Below, one piece after another: positions 43,689 through 59,035 of a stretch of DNA of 64,000 nucleotides. The notes under the pieces are model-generated. The model searched no databases, was not told the DNA's origin, and worked only from the letters and a program-made list of their open reading frames with translations. The translations under genes were made by a program, and so were the position numbers. Numbering within the stretch: position 1 is the first letter of the stretch; the number at the start of each line of letters is the position of its first letter. Source of the DNA: Octopus vulgaris (taxonomy: Eukaryota); NCBI GenBank assembly GCA_951406725.2, contig OX597821.1, forward strand, positions 48,918,001-48,982,000. The letters are read 5' to 3'.

Positions 43689-44269
43689 ACAGGCTTCTTT
43701 CTGTTTCCGTCTACCAAATCTACTCACAAGTCTTTGGTCGGCCCGACGCTATAATAGAAGATCCTTGCCGAAGGTGCCACGCAATGGGACTGAACCCAGA
43801 ACCATGTGGTTGGTAAACAAGCTATTTACCACACATCAACTCCTGCGCCTATATATTTATATATATCGAATGTATGTGTGTTTATGAGTGTGTGTGTGTG
43901 TGTCTTTGTGTCTGGGTTTGCTCCCCCCACTATCACTTGGCAACCGATGTTGATGTGTTTACGTGCCCGTAACCTAGCGGTTCGGCAAAAGCAAACGATA
44001 AAATAAGTACAAGCCCTGAAAAGAATAAGTCCTGCAGCTGATTTCTTCGCCTAAAAAATCCCTTGAAGGTGGTGCTCCAGCATGGTTGCAGTAAAAAATG
44101 ACTGAAGGAAATAAAATAATATATGTATGTATGAATGAATATGTAAGTATGTGTGTTTGTGTGAGTACACACAGAAAATTGTGAGTGTATTTACAAATAT
44201 TTGTAAACATTCTTCATCATTCAATTTTATCCCAACATTCTGAGTAATAGTTTGGAGAGCGGTTTTACT

Positions 44270-46840
44270 TCTTTTTTTTGGTTGTAATGAAATAGCATTA
44301 TACTCTACCTTTGGTATTTGAGCACAGAACTCCCTTTGTCGGCTTCTTTGATAGTAAGGTTTTTGTCCACCCCCACACATACAACCAGAACATTAATAAA
44401 CAGTACACCCCTTACTTAAACAACCATTTTTTTAGACAGAGGAAAAAAATACAAACACTACCGCTAACACAGACCCAAAATAAGAAAACAAAAATTATAA
44501 ACCTCTCTAGCAAAATACTGACACCAACCCAAATACACATCCTAGCAAGAGGTTTGAAATTCACACCCACCCCAAGAACACCCCCGGAGGTCAAGGACAA
44601 CGTTTCTGAATTCTGCAGAAAACTTCGCTTAACAGAAGCTCTGACAGATCTCAACAATGAGGACGATTCATTGATCAAAAACAAAAGTAACTTCCTACCA
44701 TCAAAAGGAAGAAATAAGGCACTGGACGATTTTTGCAAACACATCCAGAGTCTCCCCTTTACCCCAGGCAAAACCAAGGTAAGATCCAACTTCAGTAGGG
44801 AGGAATGGGAAAACCTACGTGACCTACAACTGGACAAAAACCTTACCATCAAAGAAGCCGACAAAGGGAAGTTCTGTGGTCCTTATGGACACGGAGTTTT
44901 ATAAACACCTAGTGCTTTCCATGCTAAACAACAACACTTTCTATGAGGTTATTAACAACTATAAACAACAAAAAACAATCAAAAGCCTCACCACCCTCAT
45001 ACTCCAACACGATCAGGGACTCACAGAAAAATAAAGGGATTATATCACCAATTTCAAATGCAAGCCTAGCCTTTTTTATGGCCTTCCTAAAGTCCATAAA
45101 AACAAATACATCACCGAAATCTGCAAACTCTTCTCTGACATCCACATGAACATCAAAGCACTGGAGGATCTAAAACTAAGGCCCATCGTGGCTGGCACTT
45201 CCTGTGAAACACACCGCTTGAGTAATTTCCTAGACATCCTTTTGAAACCTTTCCTTACTCACATCAAAAGTTTCATTAGGGATGATCTGGACATGCTCAA
45301 ACACCTCCCGAAAACAGTTAACGAGGAGGCGCTCCTGGTGTCCTTTGATGTCATCAACCTCTACACCAACATCCCACATGAATATGGTATTGAGGCAATT
45401 GATTTCTGGCTAGAGAAACACTCAGAGGCATTACCTGACCGCATTCACAAGACCTTCATTACGGAATCACTCAAGTTCATTCTGACAAACAATTATTTCC
45501 TCTTTGATAACACACACACTACCGTAAAAAAATGTGGTATTGCGATTGGTACCAAGGCTGCACCAGTCCTTGCGAACCTCATAATGGGCTTCTTCGAACT
45601 ATCACTCTATGAGATATCATGCCAGAAATTTGGACACGTTTTCCACATCTACCTAATGGAAAACTGGAAAAGGTATTTGGATGATTGTTTCATCATATGG
45701 AAAGAATCTTATGAAAAGCTTCTGGAATTCAAAACCATACTGAACAACATACATCCCAACATCCAATTCACTGTGGAATTCAGCAAACATCATCTCCCTT
45801 TCCTTGATCTCCTAATTATAAAAACACCTAAGAACCAAATCATAACAGACATCTACCACAAACCTACAGACTCACAACAATACCTCCTCTTTAGCTCATG
45901 CCACCCAAAACACACCAAGATAAATATCCCTTTCAACTTAGCTAAAAGGGTATGCACCATTGTCTCGGATCCAAAAACTCGAGAAATACGCCTTCAAGAC
46001 CTCAAAAAAACACTATTACAACGCCAATATCCCTCCACCCTTATAGAGTATGGAATAAAACGTGCCAAAGAACTAGACAACATTACACTGAAAACCATCC
46101 AACCCAACAACACACACAACCCCAAAATACTTCCATACATTTCCACCCACAACCCCCAAAATATCGAAGCATATACCACAATCATACAAAACCTCACTCT
46201 ACTGTCAACAGACCCAAAAATGAATAACATTATCAATACACACAAAATCCTCAAATGTAAAAGGCAACATAAATCTTTGAAAGAGCACTTGACAAATGCC
46301 AAACTTCACACATCACATCCACCCCCATCAGTTAAAAAATGTGCATGCCCAAACTGTGGCACCCGCCCCTTCCTACTTTAAGGCTCTGAATTTATTTTCA
46401 AACAAGGAACAAAGTTTAAAATCAAGACCAACTTCTCCTGTTCCTCCGAAGACCTTATCTACGTTCTCACATGCGCCGGTTGCCAACATAATTATGTTGG
46501 ATAAAAGAGCCTCCCTTTACGTAAAAGAGTAGCGGTCTATAAAGAACAAATAAATCTACCAGGATACCGTCAAATTCCACTAAGTAGCCACATAGACTCG
46601 TGCGCTAAAGACAAAAATCCCAAATTTTACATATCCCCCTTCTACCAATGTAAAGACAGAATTACTACACAAGAAAGAATTAACAAGGAGAATCTTTTTA
46701 TTGAAAAATTTAAAACGCATCTTAATATGCAAACTCCACGATAATCATACTTCTTTTTTCTACCTCATTCTTCATGGATGGACTAATACAAATATATAAG
46801 GATATCATGCAGTTATCACTTCAAGCTAAAAATTATATTC

Positions 46841-46901
<61 letters not shown>

Positions 46902-47460
46902 GACATAACAATCTGAAATGAAATTATATATTGGTTTATGTAAATTTATATAATTAGAAAACAATATAAATAAAGTGTTAAAATCTGAATGTTAAGTTAA
47001 CAAACAATTATATAAAAAAAGATAATGCAAATGAAGCTAGAATGATAATTTTGTAATTTAAGGTTTATTAACATCCTATCTTACAAAAAATTGATAATCC
47101 CAATTGAAGAGCACAAAATCCACAGAGTTAACTCCCCTTGCTCACAGGAATTGGATAACTCCTACCCCATTTTCTGTTTTGACGTTCATTTAGCAAACAT
47201 CCTAAATTAAACACCACATGGATTTAATCACATGGATCTTAATCCTCCAAGGTAATTTTTCCAAGAACTATCATTGAACTCGAGATACACAAAGACTTTA
47301 CAATGTATCGGTGTACCTAATTTTTATTTTTTGTATATGTTTATTATTTCTTTGCAAAAAACAATGTAATTTTCTTTTTCCCCCTCCTCAATTATAAAAA
47401 AATTTCTTTTCACCTTACAATTCTTGAAAAGTCGCATTGCGAAGAAAACGGTTAGAGTTA
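44270..47460 (+). mobile_element. Near-complete Penelope-like element (RT + GIY-YIG) with a few disruptions
   Basis: INLS...GLKFTPTP, KEADKG, YGLPKVHK, LRPIV, SFDVINLYTNIP, RYLDD, PFLDL, YHKPT and a C-x2-C linker, then LIYVLTCAGCQHNYVG. Frameshift ~44870 and stops at 45032, 46379 and ~46501. Confidence 0.92.
45146..46381 (+). pseudogene. Penelope reverse transcriptase core ORF (411 aa)
   Basis: Continuous RT motifs including YLDD. Flanked by disrupted N-terminal and endonuclease segments. Confidence 0.88.
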
Positions 47461-47564
47461 ATATATATTTTTTATTTTTTTTTAATTTTCCATACACCCA
47501 TTTTCATTAGAATTTACCTTTTTATAATTTTTCGTTGCCTATATATATATTTTACATATATATA

Positions 47565-48110
47565 TATAAATGGGGTTAAACGCAGGTATTATTCAAATCT
47601 TTTTACTTCTGACATGTTTCGAAGAAAATATTGGTACTATTCCAGAAAGACTAAAATGATGTAAAACGATGCAATTTTCTCATGAGGGAAAGAACAAAAC
47701 CAAACACATCAATAAGATCTTTTAACAGAATGTCATGACTGCGTATATGATGAACGGAACGCTAGAAAGTTTTTTTTTAAATCGTTAATAGATATAACGT
47801 CAAAGGTAGTTTATAGAAATAAAAGGAGAAAGAAAGAAATTAGCAGAAAACTATTAGTGGCTGGATATAGAGTGATAAGTGAATAGGAATAATACCAATG
47901 TTTTTCCGAAACATATGTCGGAAATAGAAAGATTTGAATAACACCTGCGTTTAAATCCATTTATTTATCTATCTATGTTATACAAAAACATTTCACCAAA
48001 ACCTGGAATTTTTACCTTTATAAGTAGGCTCTTAGATATTTGGTACTTGTGTGAACATTTGCTACCCTGGTAACTATTTATTCATTTTTCCGAGATATTT
48101 GTAAAGATCA
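47565..48110. mobile_element. Inverted PLE pLTR fragments just upstream of the Met-turn exon
   Basis: 47570-47625 is the reverse complement of 47905-47965 (GAAACATATGTCGGAA motif). Decayed hammerhead at 47606-47690 (-). Confidence 0.65.
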
Positions 48111-48125
48111 AAAAAATACACATAA

Positions 48126-48163
<38 letters not shown>

Positions 48164-48268
48164 TATATATATATATATATATACTTACATACATGCATAC
48201 ATACATTATACATACATATATATATATATATATACACACACATTTTCTTTCTATTCGGTCTTCTCCAG

Positions 48269-48487
48269 CCCACACACAAAACTTCCAGAAGATGACTTTC
48301 GATGAGGTGGACACATTAGGAGCTCCCTATGATTACGGATCAATTATGCATTATGCACTGAATGCATTTGCAGTTGATCGCAGTAAATGGACGATGATTC
48401 CGAAGTTGCCGACATCAACGGAGATTGGTCAACGGAAACACTTGAGTAAAATCGACATCTATAAATTAAATAAACTCTACAACTGCA
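48269..48487 (+). CDS. Astacin exon with Met-turn (YDYGSIMHY...IGQRKHLSKIDIYKLNKLYNC)
   Basis: ttctccag acceptor and GTGAGT donor, phase 1->1. SxMHY Met-turn and GQR..LS..D...N.LY.C domain end. Confidence 0.96.
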
Positions 48488-49340
48488 GTGAGTGTTGTTG
48501 TCTCTATGCTTTCTCTTATACATTCACACATACACAGATGCATGTATACATTGATACCCACAAGTCACTCACACACGTGCGCACGCACACACACACGCTG
48601 AGGCTCACACACGCACAACGCATTCTTGTTTTTGTATATTACTTTGGTCTGGAGGCAGCCCCTGTGCTTGTGGCTTTGATAGTTATCTGTCATCTGTGTG
48701 GTTGATACGGTTAATATTCCTCTGGAATTGTTATAAGAGGGCAACTGAAGGAGGAACATGTACAGTGGTGGAAAATTTGAGAGGGTCGGTGTTGTGGGGA
48801 TGAAGGACTGGATGTAATTGTTAGTGAGAGGCTTTTTTATGAGTTGGATGTGCCGGAATGGAAGTGATGTAAGACCAGCCATCTGTGAAGTGCAGTGGCC
48901 ATAGTAAATGTATAAAAAATTGATAGAGGAGACAGAACAAAACTGATGATCAGAGATGGAGTATATTGATATGTGACCTCATGCCAATAGGTCGGCTAGT
49001 CATTTTTGGACATAGATTTAGAATGTCTGTATGTAGAGCAGCAGCACCAACCCAGATATAGCAAGAGTACTTCATTGCGAGTTAAGACAATGTGAGTGGT
49101 GAGCACAGAAAAGATGGGTGAGTTGGGAGTGCCGAAATGTAGGATCAGCCATCTGTGAAGTACAGTGACCATAGTTTTATCGGAGTTTAGAAGTTTCGGG
49201 AGTTGAGGCATTTTGTGGCTCTATAGATGAAGGTTAGTCCTTGTGTTTCAATTTCTGTTATGTTGAGGATGTGAGGAAAGATCTTCACTACTGTTGGGGC
49301 TTAACATTTCTAACGCTGTTAAGGAAGCGAGTTGAGTTCT

Positions 49341-49382
<42 letters not shown>

Positions 49383-50559
49383 ATAGAGAGAGAGAACGGT
49401 AGCTTTCTTGCAGTCAATGCATATATTTGCTGTTGAAAGAGACGAAAGTGACATGACCCCATGGGAAGATGCCTCGAAAATATCTTTACAGATGATGTGT
49501 AAGGTGTCTGGATGGAATATGGAGACGTAGAAAGATAGGGAGGAATATAAGGGTGTCATGTGTGTGGAAGTGGATGGTGCGCGTTGAGGGGGGTATCTTA
49601 ATGATGTACAACAGGAAGATATACATACATATAACCATACATAGATACACACTATCTCATACACAAGCATACACACAGTCCTATTGACATACACTCAGAC
49701 ATACATATGCATACATACACACTCACACATTGTCACACCTATATGCATATACAGACACATACAAGCATACATACGCACACAGTCACACACATACACACAC
49801 TGTCACACGCCATAATTTGGGCGATAAAACATTCGATCAACCTTGAAAACATAATTATCTCCTCTCTCAATAGATTTTCTGTCATACACTGCTGTGTTCT
49901 ACCGGTAATACACAAATAATACACAGGTACAAACATATAGACACAGGTAATACACAAATATACTCAGGTATACACAAATAATACACAGATATACATAGGT
50001 AATGCATAGGTAATTCACAGGTACACGCAAGTATTTACAAGCGCTCACAGGCACGTACAAATAATATACATGTAATACATAGATATACACAAGCAAGCAC
50101 AGGTACTACACAGGTGTACACAGGTAAACTAAGGTCGATTCAGGTAACACACAGATGAATCTTCTAATGTTAGCACTTCTAATAAGTGCTGAACTGATTG
50201 GAAAGGAAGACACACTGTTGGTCAAGGTGTATTGATGTTGATATAGGTGCAGATATTTTAAGGCAGGGGGCTAGCAGAATCGTTGGCACACTGGGCAAGA
50301 TGCTTAGAAGTATTTCGTCCGTCTCTACGTTCTGAGTTCAAATTCCGCTGAGGCTGTCTTTGCCTTTCATCCTTTCGGGATTGAGCAAGGGTTAATTTAA
50401 TCGACTTGGCCCCGCCCCACAAACCACTGGCCTTGTGTCAAAATTTGAAGCCATTCGCAGCCACCTGCTTTCACGTCAGATCCCATCGTGAGGCACTTCG
50501 GGCAAGTATCTTTTATCAGAACCTCGGTTCGAGTGATATTTGGACGATGGAAACTGTCT

Positions 50560-50852
50560 GGTGGATTTTCTACACATAACCGGGGGTGAAGCTCGTGGTA
50601 GGTCTTCCAGATCGCTCATCGTCTTCGAGGGACGTTCTTCCGCTTTTGAAGCGCCTGTGCTCCTCGAAGCATTGCGTACGACCCATTGCCTCGTCGCCGT
50701 AAGTTTACTGAAGCATACTCAAGATCTCTGTAGCAGACCTCCCAAGCACTCGACGCACTGCGTCATAAATGTCACTGATAGCTCTCATTGCGCACGCAAC
50801 CGTGTGCTACCATCTGTTGGCACGCTACAGAACTTTTTGATACCACCTCGTA
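50560..50852 (-). mobile_element. Mariner 5' fragment
   Basis: TIR TACGAGGTGGTATCAAAAAGTTC. Remnant YGDEAMGRTQCFE.HRRFKSGRTSLEDDERSGRPTT. Confidence 0.75.
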
Positions 50853-51177
50853 CGGGGAGATACATTGAACAATGTAGTCGATAGTATACAAAAAGACACG
50901 ATGGTCACAGTTGGAATGTCCTCGATCATGGATCTTCTCCGTTGGGGTTGGCTTAGTAGTAAACAGCAACAAAATCCTTCAGTGATGTTTTCCCCCAATG
51001 CCCTAATTAGCTTCCAGTTGCATCATTTCTATAATTATCAGTAAGCAGATTCCAACAATCTCAGACCTAACAATAAATAAATTATTCAATCAGTTGCTTA
51101 AATAACCAATCAATTGCTTAAATAACCAATCAATGATTCTAATGTCTTTCCTCCGTCATCTTCTCTAATATCCACAG

Positions 51178-51354
51178 ATATCAGCCATTGTCAACGGTTG
51201 TCCACTCCCCTGCATGGATTCAAACAAGGTGACGACTACAGTGTTGGGAAAGTGGTCTACTTCTTCTGCCAGACTGGTTTCGTTTTGGTTGGCAGCAGCG
51301 AAAGGTTTTGTAAAGACACTGGAGATTGGACAGGAAATAATCCGGTCTGTTTAC
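51178..51354 (+). CDS. Sushi/CCP domain exon (CQRLSTPLHG...FCQTGFVLVGSSERFCKDTGDWTGNNPVC)
   Basis: ccacag acceptor and GTAAGT donor, symmetric phase 1-1. Four Cys and the conserved Trp of the CCP consensus. Confidence 0.92.
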
Positions 51355-51806
51355 GTAAGTCACATGACTTGAAATTTTCTTTAATTTATTCATTACTAGC
51401 TTAAAAGCTGCACTCCATGCGGATTTTAAGCTAGCTCCTGCATGCCCAAAATTAAAGAGAGCTGAATAGCTTGACTATAATACGTCTATAAGGAGTCTAT
51501 GCCCCGGCGGTTTTTGATCAGAGGTTAAGGACGGATGAGAATTAATTCTGTAATGCAATCATTCTCTTGTTCCAGTCCCAAGTTGAATTCCAATTGTTGG
51601 CTAATTTGTCCCAAAGTTATCTCGAAGGAAAATTAACGAAGCGAATGTCATTTATCTCCCCCTTGATCTCTGATATCTGACAAACGCCAACTGAGATGAC
51701 GTGAATCAGCCAAGTTTTATCTGCTAGAAATAGCAACTGAAATGCGTTTGACGCTCAGGAAAAATAATGAAAGAGAAAAACTTGTCTAACTGAATTAACA
51801 GTTGCA

Positions 51807-52108
51807 GTATATAAGGAGAACAGAAATGGCGTTTAAAATTTACTATAGCTGTTTCAGTAGAAGTTTATTCATATATTCATAGATTTCATCATAACATACA
51901 ATCCACCAGCTTCAAGTAAAATTCTATAGTTTAACCCGGACGAATCCAGTGATGTTGGATTTGTCCGGGTTGATGTAAAAAAAATTTTATCTGTTTGAAA
52001 TTTTAAAACTTCACCTGAAGTTATGGTGTAATCTATGAATACATCAATAAAATTCTACCGAAACTGCCGTAGCAAATTTTAAGCACTATTTGCGTTCTCT
52101 TTTCATAC
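51807..52108. mobile_element. Fold-back of two pLTR-like arms with hammerhead remnants and a central GC hairpin
   Basis: Arms 51807-51922 / 52007-52108. Hairpin AACCCGGACGAATCCA...TGGATTTGTCCGGGTT at 51933-51971. Confidence 0.65.
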
Positions 52109-52305
52109 CTACGCCACACCTGGAACCAACCCCAGGGTCAGATTTCAGTTTAAATTGGATTAGATAATTACATACCTACAATATCCTACTAACTCTCGAT
52201 ACCTTAATAGTTGTTTACCTCAATGTTATCGTACCTAGTCATTTCTGGCGTCTTGCATGTTGATGTGCCTCCATTTTATTGAATCATTATAACTATATAT
52301 GTATG

Positions 52306-52416
<111 letters not shown>

Positions 52417-52639
52417 CGGTGGTGCCCCAGCATGGCCGCGGCCTTCGGGCTAAAACATTTTTAAGGATTTAAGGATTTATATATATATTAGAAGAAATGA
52501 GGTACTCAGAAATTCGGATGGTTTTATATTTACAGATATTTATTTGTATATTACATGTTTTTATACATCATATAACTTATATCATATATTAGCGCTTTCA
52601 TCCATTCTGGTGGATTTTTCAAATTGAACTAAGTTCCTG

Positions 52640-52745
52640 GGGAAAAATTTTGACCATTTTATAGTGTTATTGAGTGTGTAGTGGTGGGTAGGGATATAAG
52701 ATAGTAGAAGAGGGTGTTAAATGGGGAGAAAGTGAGAGCGAGAGC

Positions 52746-52825
<80 letters not shown>

Positions 52826-53150
52826 GTGTGCGTGTGTGTGTGTGTGTTTTGTATCTGAAAATAGTGTTAGAGAAAAAGAAGGGAAGGAAGAAAAGGGAGA
52901 GTGGGAAGAAGAAGAAATTGTTTTGCTGGTTTCTTTTGTAGTTGGTCAGGATGTTTACTCCAAGGGGTGTCTAAGATCTTGGAGAAAAAATTTGACCATT
53001 TTATTGTGTTATTGGGTGTGTAGTGGTGGGTAGGGATATAAGATAGTACAAGAGGGTGATGAATGGGGAGAAAGTGAGAGAGAGCATGTGTGTGTGTGCG
53101 TGTGTGTGTTTTTGTATCTGAAAGTAGTGTTAGAGACAAAGAAGGGTAGG
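52640..53150 (+). repeat. Direct duplication (~250/170 bp) containing (TG)n
   Basis: TTTGACCATTTTAT.GTGTTATTG.GTGTGTAGTGGTGGGTAGGGATATAAGATAGTA occurs twice. Confidence 0.8.
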
Positions 53151-53450
53151 ATATTCAGTGCTTGTTAACACTCAGCGTCTTTAGTGGTGGTGGTGATGGT
53201 GGTAGTGCTGTTAGGTAAATGAGTTGGTTGAACATCCACTGGGTGTCTCTAGGCCTCAACTCCAGTTAAGGCGATATGATAGTTCTTCCAAGCGCCTCCC
53301 TAATAAATGTAAGCTATTTTACCAATATGAGGATCCATCATTACCACTACCATCATCGTCGTTGCCGTCATTCTCCTCCTCCGCTGCATCATCATCATCA
53401 TCATTCCTTCAGAGAATCTTTATTTTATTTTCTTTCGTTGGTAGTAGTAC

Positions 53451-53487
<37 letters not shown>

Positions 53488-54537
53488 TGTTGTTGTTGTT
53501 GTTGTTGTGGGAAAAGGTGAGGATCTGCTGATGTGGAAGTCTTAACCCAATGTTAATTGGTAACCCTATGTTAATCAGATCTATAATGAAAGATGTTCAC
53601 TCGTGACAATAACATCTATTTTTTTATATTTCTGACATAATGTATCTGGGACTACATTATTTAATGTGTTCTTCTTTCTTTAAGAGAGTAGGAGGTGAGT
53701 TGGAGGTGATTTGGCTTCTAACAGATCGAGTGCCCGTGTCGAAGCCCCATTTATGGTTGTGATGGACTGTGAAATCCGTCTTGTACTTTGTTGTAAGATT
53801 ACAATGAATGGATAATCACTGTAAATTGAGCCTTATGTTATCGAAATTCCCTTTCATCTTAATATCCTTAGAGATTACCACGGATTTTTCTAAAAATTCA
53901 GCAAAGAAACAGATATATATTTTGCTGACTAATGGTTAATATTGTTGACAAACGATTAATTTTGTTTGACTAATGATTATTATCACCTATTATGATGGCG
54001 GTTTCTTGTTTTATTTGCTCGCATTCCTCTTGTTAACCCATACTCACTAACACACTCTATGCAGGCAAGGACAAAAATTTTCTCGGTACACACCAGAAAT
54101 CGTGATGTACACATTCTCCTAACAAACACATATATGGACTCAGACATACATAGCCAGTCAAACCCACACACACACACACAATATTTGGAAAAACAGCGTC
54201 CATAAGAGGAATTTGTCAATTAAGTTCTCCTTTGAATTATTTCAGCAACTTTAGGTGTACACAACAAATATGTTGGGAGAACAGGGGTGAGTATGTATAC
54301 ATACATACATATACATATATGTGCATGTATGTATATATGTTTATATATGTATATATATATGTATGTATATATGTTTATATATGTATATATATATGTATAT
54401 ATATATAGATACATATATATACATACATATATATATACATAAAAATATATATGTATGTATGTATATATATATATATGCACGCATGCAAACGTACATACAA
54501 ACGCACAAATATATGCAAATATGTGTGTGTATATACA

Positions 54538-54579
<42 letters not shown>

Positions 54580-54807
54580 TACATACATGAATATATATAT
54601 ATATATATCGTTTGGGGATTTGGTTTGCAACATTCTTTATGTGAATTCGTGTGTTGAAGCATATTCTGTTGTGTCTGGGGAGAGTCATTCTCTTTTGGCG
54701 CCTTATAATTTAACAGACTCAACGGTAAAATTTCAACATATTTGTCTTTATATTTTTCTAAAATTTTCGTTGCGTCTTGCAACTTTTTCAATGAATGGAT
54801 AATCACT

Positions 54808-54857
<50 letters not shown>

Positions 54858-54924
54858 AATTGAGATAGGGGTTGTAAATATATATACATACATACATACA
54901 TACATACATACATACATACATACA

Positions 54925-54958
<34 letters not shown>

Positions 54959-54959
54959 A

Positions 54960-57072
<2,113 letters not shown>

Positions 57073-57733
57073 ATTAAACACTATCTGGGAAATCAAAGCT
57101 ACGTATGAGTATGTACTCTTTTATACCCATTTTTTATTATATGTATATTCATACAGTTTTATGCAGATGTCTCTCTATATCTATATATATGTGAGTATCT
57201 TCCGTAAACTTATAAACATCTAATTATTAAAGAGGAAAAATTATCAGAAAAGCAATTTCTATTCCCTTTTTCAAATATATATAATGTTAATGGTAATTAT
57301 AATTGTAAATGACTCAGGGGCTTTCATTGCCTTCCCTCTCTCGCTTTCTCCACTGTTAAAAAAAGAAGAAAATCGATCGTATATATATAACTCCTAAATA
57401 TTTTATACGAACGTAGACCATATAGCTTCATGAACCCAAGTTATGGTGCATTGATAAGCTCCAAAACAAGAGCGAAATAACGTTATCTGAATCTACTTGC
57501 AGCTACAAGAACATCCAAAAGAGAAAATAATTATATAGAGATATTCTTTCAATGTTCTCTAATAATAAAGGAAAAAAAAAAAGAAATTCACTCGAGGGAA
57601 TTTCTCCATCTCTTCTATTTCTTAGCAAACTCTCTTTCTCGCCGCCTCTTATTCTGAAAGCAACCGTAGATGGCTGTAATATCATACACCAAATTTCACG
57701 TGTGGGTGTGTGTATGTATATGTATATATACAT

Positions 57734-57796
<63 letters not shown>

Positions 57797-57804
57797 TACA
57801 CACA

Positions 57805-57883
<79 letters not shown>

Positions 57884-58210
57884 GTTTGGAACTTGACTGG
57901 TAACTGCTGTTGTTGCCATCTATGGTTTATTAGATTATGTAAGACTTCTGCCATTTTGGATTAACACAAAATGTGTTTTTAGTTATTTACGCACTGAACT
58001 TATTGACTAGTTAATTATTTCAATTCTAAAAATCAGAATTAGGTATCGGTCTAAGCACTAGAACTCGATATTTTGGTGACATTTAATTATTTACAATAGT
58101 CATATGAATGTATATATATATATATTCCTTATACTCTGTGAATTATTGTAGTATCCATAAATTTGGTTAGTTAAATTGATTTACAATAATCCTTTATTTA
58201 TTCCGTATAG

Positions 58211-58363
58211 TCCTATCTGTAGAATATTGTAATATCGATAAATCTGATCTCTGTGGCTGGAGACAAGACCGAACTGACCAATTAGACTGGACTTGGAGTC
58301 ACTCGAGCACACCAACGATGAATACTGGACCAAATAATGACCACACAATGGACAATTCTAAAG
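58211..58363 (+). CDS. MAM domain exon 1 (CNIDKSDLCGWRQDRTDQLDWTWSHSSTPTMNTGPNNDHTMDNSK)
   Basis: CGW...DW...TP...TGP..DHT MAM motif, phase 1->1. An alternative in-frame acceptor at 58223 is possible. Not captured in full by the ORF track. Confidence 0.88.
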
Positions 58364-58575
58364 GTAACGTTATCTCCTTACCTCTCTCCCTCGCTCTCTC
58401 TCTATCTCTATCTCTGTCTATCTATCTGTCTATCTATCTGTCTATCAATCTGTCTATCAATCTGTCTATCTACCTATCCTATCCTCCCCTCTCTCTCCCA
58501 CTTACCCTCATTGGCGGAATTTAAACTCACCCTGAGTTCAAATTCCGCTGTTTTGATCTTGCTTTATTTTCATCC

Positions 58576-58639
<64 letters not shown>

Positions 58640-58932
58640 TGTCAGTCCATCTCCTTCTCTTTATCTTTCTTCCTCCTCTCTCGATTTCTCTTTCAGTCGA
58701 TTTACATTCATATATCCTCCTTTATAATTTCCAATTCCGCCGTGATCGACGTTGTCTTTCTCCCCTCCTGGAAATGACACCATTATATTTCCTTCTCTAA
58801 AACTATCAGAAGTTGTACTATCAGAAGTTTTTATTACTGTAATTTATGGTTCATGTTCTTATCATTGTAGCTATGAATATAATCACTAACATCACTACTA
58901 CTACTACTACTACTACTACTATATTTACACAG

Positions 58933-59035
58933 GTTCCTACCTATATCTGGAGAGTTCTTCACCAGTTTCTCCAGGGCAGAAAGCCAGGCTTATTTCCACA
59001 ATTTTCCGTCCTTATTCCTCAGACATGTGCTTAAG
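58933..59035 (+). CDS. MAM domain exon 2 (GSYLYLESSSPVSPGQKARLISTIFRPYSSDMCLR)
   Basis: acacag acceptor and GTAAC donor, phase 1->2. GxYLYxE..G.KARL.S...CL MAM motif. Confidence 0.9.
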
